DNA of 64,000 nucleotides from the human T2T-CHM13v2.0 reference genome, Homo sapiens: assembly GCF_009914755.1 (NCBI RefSeq), contig NC_060941.1, one strand, 5' to 3'. Below are positions 29,546 through 45,065 of this stretch, piece by piece (position 1 is the stretch's first letter; each line of letters opens with the position of its first letter). Made by a program: the position numbers and the translations under genes. The notes beneath the pieces are model-generated. The model did no database searches and was not told the DNA's origin. It saw nothing but the letters and a program-made list of their open reading frames with translations.

Positions 29546-30044
29546 CACTGCAGAATGTGCTCGTTCAGGCTGGGGCAGGGGGCTCAGAACTCCCTTCCCA
29601 GCGGATGATCTAGAAATAGCATGCAGTGCACACAAAGTCCTAGCCCATGCCCTGTGAACAGCATTCCTGGTAACCCCAGGAGGGCAACCAAGGGGTATCC
29701 ATATCAGGAAGGGAAAGGGGCAGGAAGGGCAGCCTCCTCTCAACTCTGTCCCCACCAGCCTCTTGGAAGTGGCTTTGTCCAGTGTCTGAGCTACCAGGCT
29801 AAATATAGCCCGGGCTGGGGGCTGAATTCATGCTATTGAAGCCTCTCGATTGCCCCAGCCCCAGCCTCAGAATGCAGAGAGAGGCTAGGGAAGGGGAGGC
29901 TGGGAGAGAAGGGAGAAGGGGTGAGGAGGTGGGGAAGAGACAGGAGGTAGTTCGCTTGGCCAGTTGGAATGGGAAATCTGAACAAGTTTATCTTTTAAAG
30001 CGAGGGTGCAATGTCGGGGGAAAAGAGAGAGACATTCCTTACCT

Positions 30045-31498
<1,454 letters not shown>

Positions 31499-34400
31499 CC
31501 TTCACTTCCCTAAGTGTTGCTCATCCTAGTCTCCCACCCAGTGCCCGTGAGGAAGTTCTTGCAACCTAATCACCATCCCTACAGCTGCAACTAGACATGT
31601 GCATGAGAAGAATGGTGCCCGAACCCCCAACCTAGAAAAACACATCTCTTAAGAGAGGCATGGGATGGAGACAGGGGACACAGCAGAGAATGGGCCAGCC
31701 TCACCCTTGGCCTCTTGCACACCCACCCCTCTCATACAATGTCACTCAGGCAGACAGGTACCCCAGGAGCACACACAGCATCACCTACAGACACCCAGCA
31801 TCCCTGGCACACAGCGTGCTGTGGCACCAAACCCACCCCCAGGAAGGCAGGCTCTGTGGCTGGTCCCCACCCAGCCTGCTGAGTGTTTAAGTGGTGAGTT
31901 TGCACAGCAGCAAGGCCAGAGGCACATTAAGGATTCACTTCCTGGCTGCAGCCAGCCTAGCTCAGCCTTCCTGTTAGAGGATTCTGTGGGCAGCCTCCAT
32001 CCAGAGACACAGCTCTGCAAAACCACAGGCCCCCTCCCAGGCCTGTGCCCCCACCCACCCAGCAAGCCCCCTCTGGTGCCCAGGCAGGAGCTCTTCCTGC
32101 ACCTCTTGCCAAGGCCCTTCCAGACGTCTTCGAGCAGCAGGCCAGAGCCTCGAGGGGTTTCAGGCTGGGGGGAGGTGTAGCAGAGCTGTCTCACTCTGCT
32201 GTCTCAGCTCCCACCCAGCACTGATGGTTAACAAGTCTGAAGGCCTAATTGGTTTGATTACCTTATGGTGGGGGCGGGGGGTGCGGCAGACCCTACCCTA
32301 TGCAGTTCTCAGTCCAAATTTGGTGGTTTGGGGGGAAAAGCCTCATGACTTCCAGAGCCCCCACCCTGGGGAAGACAGTCCCTACCCCTTAGGGGCCCTA
32401 AGCTGATGCAGGAGACACAGCCCCTGCCCTCAGAACCCTGATCTGATGAGGAAATGTGGACGCCCTGGAGACGGGTGAAATGAAGACAGAGAGGGTTGGC
32501 TGGGCTGGGACAGGTGCAGCGGGGGCTTGGGCAGGAGATGCCAGGGAGAAGAGGGCGTGGTGACAGGGCCAGAGCTGGCATCACTGCAGGTTTCTCTGAG
32601 GAGTTACCAGGAGAGCCCCCAAGGGCCCCCAAGGGCAGGTGCTGTGTCTTGCGCCTCACAGAAAGTAGGGGCCCTCTGCCTTCCTTGCTCCATGTCCTAC
32701 CGCAGGGCCGGGGCCCCGGGAACTCACAGGCGGCTCCTCCCCTAGCTGCCCCTAACTGACCGAGGGGCTTCCAGGCTGCCTCAGGGCCCAGACCAGTCCA
32801 GCCTGTCTCCAAGCAGTGGCCCCTTTGACTGGGCTCTGGGTGTTGCACCCATCACCTCACTTCTGCTCCTCTCATGTTTGCCCCACAGCCTCAAGTAAAC
32901 CAGAAAATCAGCCTGGGGTGGGGGGTGAGAGGTGGGTAGTCAGTGTGCTGAGGGGAGGGGAGCCATTAGGGAGCCGAGCTGCTGTAGGACTAGGAGGATT
33001 CTAATCGATGGGCTCATGTTATATTTATCAGCCACAGTACTTAGGTGCTGCCCTAAGCAGGACTAATGGGCTCCCCATTGGAGACGCCATTACAGGAAGT
33101 GTGTTGGGGGGAGGGGTGCTGAGAGGAGATGGGCACCTGGGAGGGTCTGCTTCTCCTGGCAACTCCTCACACCCCCAGTCCCTCACACAGGGGCCTCGGT
33201 CCTGCAGGCTGTGGGGATTGGATGAGACTGCCATGGAGTGTGCACCATCCTCTTCCCCTCTTCCCCACGATCTGACTGGGAGAAGTCGCCCAGAGACCTT
33301 AACCAGAAAGTCACACCCGTCACCCCTGCCCTTCCTGCTTCCCCTGACTGAAGCCACACCCTCTCCACCCTCCACTGTCCGATGACAGCAATGTGGGCCA
33401 ACCAAGTGGCTCAGCCTTTCCTGGGGTGGAGCCAGTAGCAGTTGCCATGGTGATCTTTCAGGGTGGTGGGTGGAGGGGGGGTCTGGATTCTTCCTGTAAG
33501 AGCCTTAATTGCTCATTTATTTAGGGCAATTAGTCCCTGGCGACCCTCCCTTCCTTGACCCTGGCAATGGCTATTCTCAGCTCACAAAACATTCCACCAA
33601 GATGGGATATGGGGGCTGGTCCAGAATGAATGGGGTGGGAGGGGAGGAGGCAGGGTGTTGGGACAGAAGCTCCCAAAGTCTGAGAATCCACATTTAGAGG
33701 CTGACCTGGTCACACCGCTCCATGTCCTGTCACTGGCCCCTGCTCCCAGCATCCTCTTGGCCTCTCTGGCCTCTCATTCAGCCCTGGGGGTGGACCCGCC
33801 CCTCCACACTCCCAACCTTGGTGGCCTCAGGACAGCTGTACTCCCTACCCATAGCACTACTGTCCTCCCTGGCCAGCCCCCAGTCATGGTTGGCTCCCGC
33901 CATAGCTCTGTCTCTCCTCCTCATAGGCAGCTGCTCCAAGAGCCGCAGCTCTCAGGGTAGCCCTTCCTGTCCTGCCAGGTCCCACCTTGTCCCAGCAGGC
34001 GGCCATAGGATACCCTCATCCTGAGTCCCTGCTCTGCACTCCAGCACACTGCTGCCCCCAGCATCTTAGTCCAGACTACTAGAACTGTGCCTCTGGAAGG
34101 CTCTCACTGCACAGATGGAGGAAACTGAGGCCCAGGGAAAGGAAGCTAGTCCAGGGTTCCTCCATGAGTCCGAGGCAGAGCCAGGACTAGAACTCGGAGC
34201 CCTTGCTTCCCTGTCTAGTGCTCATGGCACCACAGTGACCTCTCCTTTTTTAGACCGCCCCTGCCAATGGCCCGTCTCTGTTGTCTCTGTCTTCGGCCCA
34301 TCCTGATGACGGAGCCTCCTGGAAGCCCGTCCATCGCAGCTCCTCAGCGATGCTCTGGCTCAGACTCTGGTCCTCTGGCTCCTCCAGGCCACAGACGCCT

Positions 34401-34659
34401 TTCCCCTGCCTTCTGCCTCCCCGACTGTGCTGTCCTCTGGGCTCTGAACTCTCCGTCTCTCAGGGAGCCCTTCATCTCCCTGGGGGAGGGGCCCCTGGGA
34501 CAGGGGAATCCTGTTTAAGGCCCTTCCCGTGGAAATACCTGGGGAACTTCCAGTTCATCCACATCACCCAAGGGCCTCTTGGTCTAAAGCTGATGCAAGC
34601 AATGGGGGCCTCGGGGCTCAGACACCTTTGTTTTTGTTTTTTTCCCCCTTTTGGGTTTA

Positions 34660-34882
34660 GAACCTTTTTTGTTGTTGTTGTTTGAGACAACAACAAACAG
34701 GGGGTCTCACTCTGTCGCCCAGGCTGCAATGCAGTGGTGCTGGCTCTGCTCCCAGCATCCTCTTGGCCTCTCTGGCCAGTGACCGAGGCTCACTGCAGCC
34801 TTGGTCCCTCAGACTCAAGCGATCCTCCCACCTTGGCCTCCCAAAGTGCTGGGATTACAGGCATGTGCCACTGTGCCCAGCC
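34660..34882 (-). mobile_element. Short AluJ/monomer carrying a non-Alu insertion
   Basis: Alu 'tctcactctgtcgcccaggctgcaatgcagtggtgc' is interrupted at 34741-34780 and then continues 'ggctcactgcagcc'. Confidence 0.85.
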
Positions 34883-37800
34883 TGGAACCTTTTTTGTAGG
34901 GCAAGACACATGAGTGGCTGGAGCTCCTTGTGAAGAAGGATCACCCTCTAAACCGGCGACTTAGCCAGCTCCCCTTCCTTCTCCTCTCTACCCATCTCAT
35001 ACTTTCTTCACCTCCACCAGTGCCTGCCGCACCAGTCTCCTTCCCTTCAAGTGTTCCTTCCTGTGGCCCTGGAAAATCCCTTCATGGGGACAGTGAGGGA
35101 TGGGGTAGTGCTCAGGGGTTTGGGGACAGAGGATCAGGGGAGGCTGCCTGGACTCAGCCTTGGTGTCTCCTTGGCTCTGGGACAAAGAGAGCCATGTCGG
35201 GAGTGACCTCACCCTTTGGGCATCCTCTGTTGGACAAAAGGCCAATTGTTCCCCAGACTGGAAGCAGGAGGCGGAGGATGACACTCCAGTCCTTGGACCC
35301 TCTTTGGAGCCCCGGCACTCTTGCCCAGAGCGGCTCAGCATGGGGTGGGCAGGCCAGCACAGTGAGCCAGGCCTGACCCAATTTGGATGGCAAGAGAAAG
35401 GCTTGAAATACCTGTTAAGAAGTCCCTCCTAGGGTCTAACCTCAATCTGGGGACGTGAAGGCTCACTGCTCTGAAGCTAGAGGTAGATACTCTGCTTTCT
35501 GCTCTTCCATTTTTCCAGCTTTGGCCTCCATTTGCGGGGAAGCTTTTCTTTTATTTCCTGAGAGAGCAGTAGTTTTCAATTTTTTTTTCAAAAGTATTGA
35601 GACCCTTCAAATAAAATCTTCCTAGAAGCCCGGTCAGTAAAGCAGATGAAGGTGGAACTACTTTGGCTGAGGTGGTGGGGATGGTGGGGTAGAGGGCAGA
35701 GACCTCCTCAAGCCCCTTTCCTCGTCCCTTATCTTGCCCCATTTGAGCTCTTAGTTTAGATTTTCTTCTGGGGTAATTAAGCTTCAATTCTCTTTGCCCC
35801 CCTGCTCCATCCTCCTATATCGCCTTGTCCATAGAGGTTCCATACTCTTACATCTCCCTGAAAATGAACTTCACCTCCCACTACACACACATCCTTTTCT
35901 CATCCATGTCCGTCTATACTTTCATAATCCTCCTTCTCCAGGAAGTCCTCCCTGACCTCTACTTTATGTCACTCCCCCTGGCCTCAGTTCATAGCTCCCT
36001 AAGCTGACTTCTGTCAAGGCCCTCCTTATGTGGGGCCTCCTTAAGGCTCTCCCTTCTCTTAGAAGCTCCTTGAGGAGAGAGACCTTGTCTTTTCATCCCA
36101 GAATCCCTGCTTCCTGGCTCACAGCAGGGCCTTGTGGAAGGGAAGACATGAATGGCCCAGAGGGAAGCACTCAGTTTGGGGTTGGGTGAGGCCTTGTGTG
36201 TGCTTGGCCGGGCAAACACTCTAGACTGTCAAAGTTGTGCCCACCCCCACACATCCAGACAGCCCAGCGCAGACACTTTACCTCCCCCTCAAGAGCCACC
36301 ACCCTCTCTCAACTGCAAGCCCCCATATGGGGGGGAATGGGGCATGGGGGGGATGGAGGAGAGGACTGCCCTCCAGATGTTGTTGGAAATCCAACACGTC
36401 CCCTCCACCCTCCCTCTCCCACTTCCCGCTCCATTTCCCCTAAATATTTACCGATTTTTATTTACATTCTTTGCCTGAGGTGCCCGGCCCCTGTCAGGTC
36501 CCATTTGCATGCCCTTGTTCCCTCCTGCCAGCTCCCCTCCTCATCCCTCAAATCCGAAGCCAGGAGTTGTGTGTGGTTGGGTGTTGGGGGTGGTGAAACC
36601 TGCGGGCTGGTAGCTCTGGGAAGGGCTGGGCAGGGGGGTGCAGGGAGGGGTAGGTCAGCAACAGGGCCAGCTTGCCTGTAGACTCCCCCCTGCCCCCAAT
36701 CTGGGATCGCTTTAGCCACCCCCCTTTGTTTCACAGGGACTTCTGGAAGGGACTGATGGATTCCAGATGCCAGGAGCACCGTCACCCAGGGATGACTCTG
36801 AGGGTGGGGAGGAGGGAGAGCTGGGACAGACATAACAGGGGCTGAGACAATTCTGTTCCTGGCATGTTGGGTGGCTACTTGGGAGCTGCCCACCCACTCT
36901 GGGCCTCTGTTCTCCCACTGACCAAGGAGCCTGGAAACATGATTTTCCACTCCATTCCCAGGCTCCCAGCCCCACTTCCGCCTCTACCCCTCTTAGCTAT
37001 TGAACCAATTTTTGTTGAACACCTACTATGTGTCAGGACCTGTCTCTTGTGCTGACACGTCAACAAAACAACAGACCATTATTCTTGCCCTGCGGAGCTT
37101 GCTTTCTCGTGGGAGAGAGTAAATAAATCATGGGGGATGTTAGAAAGTTATAAGTTCCGTGACTAGGGGAAAAAAGCAAGGTGAAGGAAGTCAGGAGGGC
37201 CAAGAATGGGGCTAGGGAAGTGTTGCAGTTTTACATAACAACGTCAGAAGGCAAGACTTGAGCAGAGCTTTGCAGGAAGGGAGAGAGTGAGAGTGGAGCT
37301 GGGTAGGGAAGGAGGTTCCAGACAGAGGAACAGCCTAAGAAGCATGCGATGCGATGCAGACTGGGAAGAAGGCCAACATGGCCTCAGCAGTGGGAGTGGC
37401 AGTGAGGGGCATAGGAGAGGAGAGCAGGGAGGATGGTTTGTGGTTTTTCTGAGTGGGATGAGAGCCTCTGCACGGTTCTGAGCAGAGAGTGACACAACCA
37501 GACCTGTTAATACAACAGGGTGATTCCTGCCTCCCTTGCAATGCCCCCTCCACTCTGGTCACGCTGCCTTTCCTTATTTTGCTGTCTCCTGCTTCTCAGC
37601 TATTACCCTGGGATGTGGTCCTCTCTCCCTATGATTCTCTGCCTGTACTATCTCCCTCCCAGGTAGCCTGTGGCTTCTATAAAGCTCATCTCCTCCTGGA
37701 AGCCCTCCAGGATTGCTCAGAGGAGTCTGACTGGCTCTGCCTGGACAGTAGATGTCTTTTTCCTTCTCCCTTCCCATGGGAGGGATGCTAAAAAGGGAGA

Positions 37801-38327
37801 TGGTGATGCCTCCCTGGGGCCACTCAAGAACCAAGGGAGGGTGAGTCATTTTCTAGAGGTGCCTCCCCAAATAGCCAATATCCTGCCTCTCATGAGCCTT
37901 TCTACTGAGTTTTTCATGGACACTTCTGTCTTCCCTTTCCTTCCTCTTCATCCTTCTCCTTCCCACCAGAGACACCTTCCCTCCACCCTGTAAGCATGTA
38001 AGCAAGGGACTGAAGCCTCCCACTTCTCTTCTCTGGGGTGTGCCTGGGGAGGACCATCTCAAAAGTAAAGAGGTAGCAAGCGCTAGGCTCCCAAAACCCA
38101 AAGACCAGACCCCTGCGAGAGTACAGCAGCAGTGGGACTGTGGCGGGATTCACTGCTCTAACTGGCACCCTCCTCCACACCCTCCACATCCAGTCTCTGT
38201 GGGGCTGCTTGCTATGGGGCAAGCTCTGTTTTCAAATAGTGACCAATTGCTGGCCCAAGCACAGAGCTGGTGGCATTCTCTTCCAGTAGGGCACAAACTG
38301 TGGCTTCCCCAGCTAGCCTCGGGCACT

Positions 38328-38447
38328 TAACCATCTTCCCTTCCCGGGTTGCCGAGGGCTCTGAGCTCCTGGTCCTGCCTTGGTAAATAACCGTCTTCCC
38401 GCCCTGGGGAGCCAAGGGCTCTGAGCTCCTGGTCCTGGCTTGGTTAA
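38328..38447 (+). repeat. Two-copy tandem duplication, 60-bp period
   Basis: taaccatcttccc...agggctctgagctcctggtcctgccttggtaaa versus taaccgtcttccc...agggctctgagctcctggtcctggcttggttaa. Confidence 0.9.
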
Positions 38448-38474
38448 GGCTTTGCTCACTCATTCAGGCCCCAC

Positions 38475-39130
38475 TCAAACAACTATTTATTGAGCACCTA
38501 CTATGTGGCAGGCACTGGGCTAGGCTGGCTCTTGCCCTCATGGAGCCTGCAGTGTAATGGGGAGCAGACATCAATCAAATAGCCACCCAAATGCAGTCAG
38601 GATGACAGCTGTGGTCAGTGCCAAGAAAACGAAGAACATGATGCCCTAAGAGTATGTACAGGGGATTTGACCGGCCAGGGAAGCTGGGGGCCTTCCCCAA
38701 CAAGGTGATGTCTGAGTTGAAACCTGAGGGGATGGAAGAACAGCCCAGGCAGAGGAAACAGTATGTGCAAAAGTCCTGTGGCAGGAGGGAGCATATACAA
38801 TGTGCTGGGAGAAGGCAGACAAGGCCGGAGTGCAGAGAGAGGAGTGAGAGGTGGATGGAGACTGACAACGCGAGGGCTTCTAGGTCATGTTTAAACCCTT
38901 GATCCAAGAACAGAGGAAGCCTCTTTGCATTTTGGAGTTGTGTTGGGTGTGGAGGGGGTGATATGATCATCTCAAGTTGGCTGCAGATCGGGGGTAATGA
39001 GAGCGGAGGTGGAGGTGGGAATCCTGTTAGGAGGTAGTGGCAGTGGTCCAGGAGAGAGCTGATGCTGGCTGGAACTAGCAGTTGGCAGGGGATTAGATAA
39101 GGGTGGTGTCAAGAATGACGGCTGGATTCC
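38475..39130 (-). mobile_element. L2 fragment
   Basis: 'tatttattgagcacctactatgtggcaggcactgggctagg...gccctcatggagc...ccaggcagaggaaacagtatgtgcaaaagtcctg'. Confidence 0.75.
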
Positions 39131-39633
39131 TGCCTGCAGCGTTTCTCACCTGTAAAGAGGAAAGAAACAGCTCGACTTTCTCCTGGTGACAAATGAATTA
39201 ACGGAGACAAAAATTATCTCAGGCAGGCATTGGTGTGAGCTGTGAGAGTAGCGCAGCTTGCTCTCCCCAGGCAGGTAGTTGTATCTTGGTTCTACCCCAC
39301 ATCCTTCAGGCTACCCATACCCATACAGAACCTGATGATAAAACCTTGTACTGAAAACCGCAGTGAGCGTGATTTAGATTAGACTGCTGCCAACAGGGCT
39401 GGAGGAAGCTGTTGGTGGAACTAGGGCCAGGGGATGAAAGAGCAGACAGAATCCAGGTGGAGGGCCACGTGCCTGGAGCACAGGAGAAAAGCTGTAAACA
39501 CCTCACAGAACAGTTCAGGATCTGGTGAAGCTGGCAGTGGCCTGGGAATTAAGAAAGCCCAGGTGGAGGGAGCTTCAAAGGAAATTCCATACTCTGTACC
39601 TGCAAAGGTGATGCTCTTCAAAAACCTCAACCT

Positions 39634-40090
<457 letters not shown>

Positions 40091-41374
40091 CTAGAGGAGA
40101 AGGAAGAGGTGGAGAGAAGGAGGAGATACTCAGATGGATTTGGGGAATGCTGGATATGTCAGTCTTCTCTGGCTCAGCTGGGGTTTGCTCATTTAAGCTG
40201 ACAGTGAGTTGGATGTTGAGTGATATTGACACCCCACCCCCACCCCCAATTCAGCACCTCCCTCCAGGATCCCACGTTGCTGTCAGTTTCCAGGCCTTTA
40301 GTAAAATGATGGTGGGCTCATCATTCAGCCCCTTCATTACCCTTTCCTCCTCTCCCGCTCCAGTTTATAACTCCACCCACTTTGGAAGATCTGCATGCTC
40401 TGCTCCCTGCTCCCACCTGCTCCTCCCTGGCCAAGGCCCAGAGTAGCCCCCATAGTGAGCACCCACTTGGCTGGGAGCTCAGGGTCTACTGTGCCTCTGG
40501 TTCACATGTTGGCATTTGAGGAGGGCCTGAGTCATCTTGGTCTTCCCTGAGCATTGCTCTACCCGAAAAGAGGCCCCTGGCGGTAGGGGGACCAACCTTC
40601 GCCTTAGGTGTTGAAGTCAAGTGCAGGAAGGATTTCCTGGGCTACAAAGGGTGACAGCTGAGGGTGTGGAATTCGAGGAATCAACTTATGTGCTCCATGT
40701 TGTGTGGAAAGTCCATAGCTGAGGGCTTGGCTGGGGGAGGGTATTGCCTCAGAGAGGAACAGGGACCACAGCAATAGACGGGCAAACAAATGGCTGTCAG
40801 CACCACCCACACAGCCAGACGGAACATTTGCATCTCACTGTGAACACAGCGCCTGGCCCAGAGTGCTCCTCCAGTGAATGCCTATGGAGAGAAGAGAGAT
40901 TTTGCTTCCCAGTTCAATTTTCCTCTTGATCTTCCTGATCCTCTAGTTCCTTGTCTACCAAATGGGGTGGTAATCTCTACTTCCTATCTTGTCAGATTGT
41001 CATGAAGAACAAACTAACCAATGATGGCAAAAGTGCTTTGTAAACACTTTGTAAACTCTGTATGAAAACATACAGGAGGACCGAGCCCAGCACAGTGCCT
41101 GGCCCACAGAGGCTGCTCAGTATTGAATAAATGAACGAATTACCTAATCCCTACAAGAAGGTATGCTCCCCACAGGCACAGACCCAGCCTGTTTCTCCTC
41201 AGCACTGTTTCCCCAGTTCCTAGCATGGGGAAGGTGCCTGACAAGTATTTGCATGGAGTGAATGAATGAATGGTGAGACTTAATCCTATCTTCGGGGATC
41301 TTCGAGAACTTTGGAGGTGGTGAGGCTGATACCCCAGGGCAACAAACCACGCTGGCTCAATAACCCTGAAGGCA

Positions 41375-41515
41375 GCTATTATTTCCCCATTTACAGATGA
41401 AGAAACAGGCTTAGAGAGATTGAGTGACTTACCCAAGGCCCCACAGCACCTAGTCAGTGATGGATCAGGATGGGAATCCCGGACTCGGCCTCTGATGCCC
41501 ATGCTTTTTCTACCA
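41375..41515. mobile_element. MIR
   Basis: 'cccatttacagatgaagaaacaggcttagagagattgagtgacttacccaaggcc'. Confidence 0.8.
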
Positions 41516-41941
41516 CAGAAGGCTCCTGCTGCTGGGGATCCGGTGGAGCACTGGCCTCCGTGACCATCCCCTGGACAAGCTGGAATGTTCTTTTGTGGTG
41601 GGAGGATATGTCATAACTGCACAGCATCTCAGCGACTCTGCAGCAGGAGGCTGCTGGGTTCATTAAGAGGCCAAGATTCACTCAGGATGTGCCAGGTCTA
41701 GAAACACACACGTGCCCAGGACATCTGTGTCTAGATGAAGAGACTGAAGGCAGAGAGGAGAGCTGCTGATGGACTTTCCTGACCCACAAGTCTCTGTCAT
41801 GTCTGCACACAGCCAGCACCTTCCCTTTTGCACCCTGAGCCATCTCAGTCTCCCACAGACCATGTTCCCTTGGGCAGGGACTCATCACACAACCGCTGCC
41901 CTTCCCCTCCCCGACTGAACTTCAGGCTCTACCATGCAGCT

Positions 41942-42243
41942 CACTGCTTCCCAAAGTATGTTCTGTGGGACTATGTCTTGGGCTGTTTGTAGACATTGCT
42001 TGCAAAAAGATTGCCTGTGATGGAAAAAGCTTCGGAAAACTGTATCAAATATGCTAACCTGGCTGCATGCTAACCTTGCAGGACTTCTCAGATCCCTGAT
42101 TATGCTCATAGGGCATGTGAATCTCCAAGGGCTGGGGAGCTTCAGTAAAGAGCATTTTCTACATTTATTTTGGCCCTAAGCTGTTTCTTCAGGAGCATCT
42201 CTTGGGACTGTTGTGCCCCAGGGCACTCTTGGGAAGTCATTGC
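41942..42243. mobile_element. Old hAT-Charlie-type MITE (subfamily uncertain)
   Basis: Inverted termini 'cactgcttcccaaagt' and 'ctcttgggaagtcattg', with internal 'cttctcag...tgtgaatctccaagg'. Confidence 0.5.
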
Positions 42244-42990
42244 TGTAGCTGTGGAGAGTCCCTGAGGCATTTCAGCAGAGTCAGAGGATCCGATCAGTCA
42301 GTGTCTTAGGAAGACTGTAGGGTGGACTGGAGGAGCCAAGATGGGAGGCAGAGAGGGTACTTAGGAGGCTGCATCAACAGTCTGCAAAAGAGGAAAAGAG
42401 CCCTCCTGCCAGCCGGGCACCATGCTAAACTGGGGTGTCTGTCTTCAGTGAGCTTGCAGTTGAAGCAGGTGGGCTGAGCGCCCACCAGGAGCTCTCCTCC
42501 AAGGCAGAAGATGCTAAGTGCTGCAAATGGAGCCGCATCGTCAATCCAAGAAGACTCTTGATAACTTATTCAACTGGCACTCCGTGGCTTTGGCCAGCTT
42601 CCTTTCATTTTCCTTTTCAGGAATCAATAAATAATTTGAAGTTGTCAGGTGGTACTTCGTTGTTGTTTTTTTAACCCTCATTGATAGGGTTGATGGTCTC
42701 AGTGTTCATTCCCAAAAGTCACGTGAGGTCAGTCTACTGCCTCACTGGGGCATTGCAACTGAATGGGGAGACTTGGCTCTAAGGCTTTAAAGTGGTAAAT
42801 GCCCAGTTTATTTTTAGTCTATTGTGTTGTCACAGGTTCAGTTCCATGGCACTGAGGACAGTTTAGGTTCAGCCAGCCCTAGGGTATAGGTAGGACTTAA
42901 TAACATCTGCATCCTCTCCTGCCCCCAGCCTCTGCCCCTATCTTGCACTCACTCTGCAGCTCCATTTCATGGGATAATGTAATGGGCTAA

Positions 42991-43503
<513 letters not shown>

Positions 43504-43700
43504 TGAGCATTGGGCTGCAAGTCAGGACATTTGGGATCTGGTCCTGCCTCTGCCGCTACTGTGTGACATTCTCTGGGCCTCAGTTTTCTCGTATGGATAA
43601 TAGGTATTTGGGTCTTTTCCTTTGACTTGCTGTGATTCTCCTGAAACCCCTTCCTCCAGAGATCATCTCTGGGTTCACAGCTGGGGACATTGGAAACACC

Positions 43701-43965
43701 TTGGGAGGCCGAGGTGGGCGGATCACCCAAGGCCAGGAGTTCAAGACCAGCCCAGCCAGCACAGCGAAACTTTGTCTCTACTAAAAAGATAAAAATTAGC
43801 CAGGTGTGGTGGCACGCACCTGTAATCCCAACTACTCAGAAGACTGAGGCAGGAGAATTACTTGAACCCAGGAGGCGGAGGTTGCAGTGAGCCGAGATTG
43901 CACCACTGCACTCCAGTCTAAGTGACAGAGCGAGACTCCATCAAAAAAAAAAAAAAAAAAAAAAA
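43701..43965 (+). mobile_element. 5'-truncated AluS
   Basis: Starts at ttgggaggccgagg. TSD ggaaacacctt at 43692-43702 and 43966-43976. Confidence 0.92.
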
Positions 43966-44439
43966 GGAAACACCTTCTCCTCCCTGCCCCAACAGGTTGA
44001 ATTGGAATGGGATCCTTTCCCTCAGTCCCTGTTTCTCTTTGGAACCAACCTGGAAAACAGATTTGTTTCCAACATAAAAATCTAGTTGAGTCACTCCCCT
44101 TTTCAACAACCTTCAGTGGCTCCCTATTGGCTTCAGGATAAAAGCATCTTTAGAATGACATAAAAGGTCCTTGGTGATCCAGCTTCTGCCTACTCTCCAA
44201 GCACCTCTCCTGCCTCTTGGCCACATTAGGCTTCAGCTTCCTGAATCTCACTGCAATTCCCCAAAAGGTTCATGTCCTATCCCTGTGCCTCACGCATGCT
44301 GGTTTTTTTTGTTTGTTTGTTTGTTTTCTGCTCAGAAGAGCTTCCTCCTGTTTGTTTGTCTCACAAGTTCCTATTTGGCCTTCAAGTCTGGCTCAAGTTC
44401 TAGCTCCTCCATAAAGCCTTCCCTGTTTTCTGAGCAAAT

Positions 44440-44790
44440 ACTAGGTGTAACTCACTGTGTCAAGCAGTCTCCATGCACCATCATTTAATTCTCACAACTC
44501 CATGAGATAGGTGTCATTATTTTTCCCACTTTACAGATGCGGAAACTAAGGCATAGGTAGGGCATAGTAATACCTGCATTCTTCCCTGTCCCCAGCCTCC
44601 ACCCCTATCCCACACTCACTCTGAAGCTCTGGTTCACAGGGATAACGCAATGGGCTAAGGCAGCACCCCCTTCACCTCCCCAGGTGGATCAGGGAGCAAC
44701 CTGGTCCCCTGTAAGTGACTTGCCCAGCATCACAAAATGAGCAGTCAGGATCAAGACCTCACTTCTTTCTGGCTCCAAAACCCCAAGTAT
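44440..44790. mobile_element. MIR interrupted by a ~155-bp locally derived insertion
   Basis: 'cactttacagatgcggaaactaaggcatag' [insert] 'taagtgacttgcccagcatcaca'. Confidence 0.75.
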
Positions 44791-45065
44791 TCCCTTACTT
44801 CTGGCTCCTGTCCCCATGCAGATTGCAGCTTGTATATACCAACCACCAAAAATCACTCTTTTACTATGTGGTTCTTATGTGTTTGCATGTCTGTAGTCCC
44901 ACTAGACTGGAAGCTCCTTGAAGGCAGGGCTGTGATGATTAAATTGGTATGTGCTTGACACATCACGGATGTGCAATTAATGCTGGGTAAGGATGAAAGA
45001 AAGTGGAGGGGAAGACTCACTGGGTTCCCTACTGGAGCCCACAAAGCCTCTCACCCCAAAGCCTT

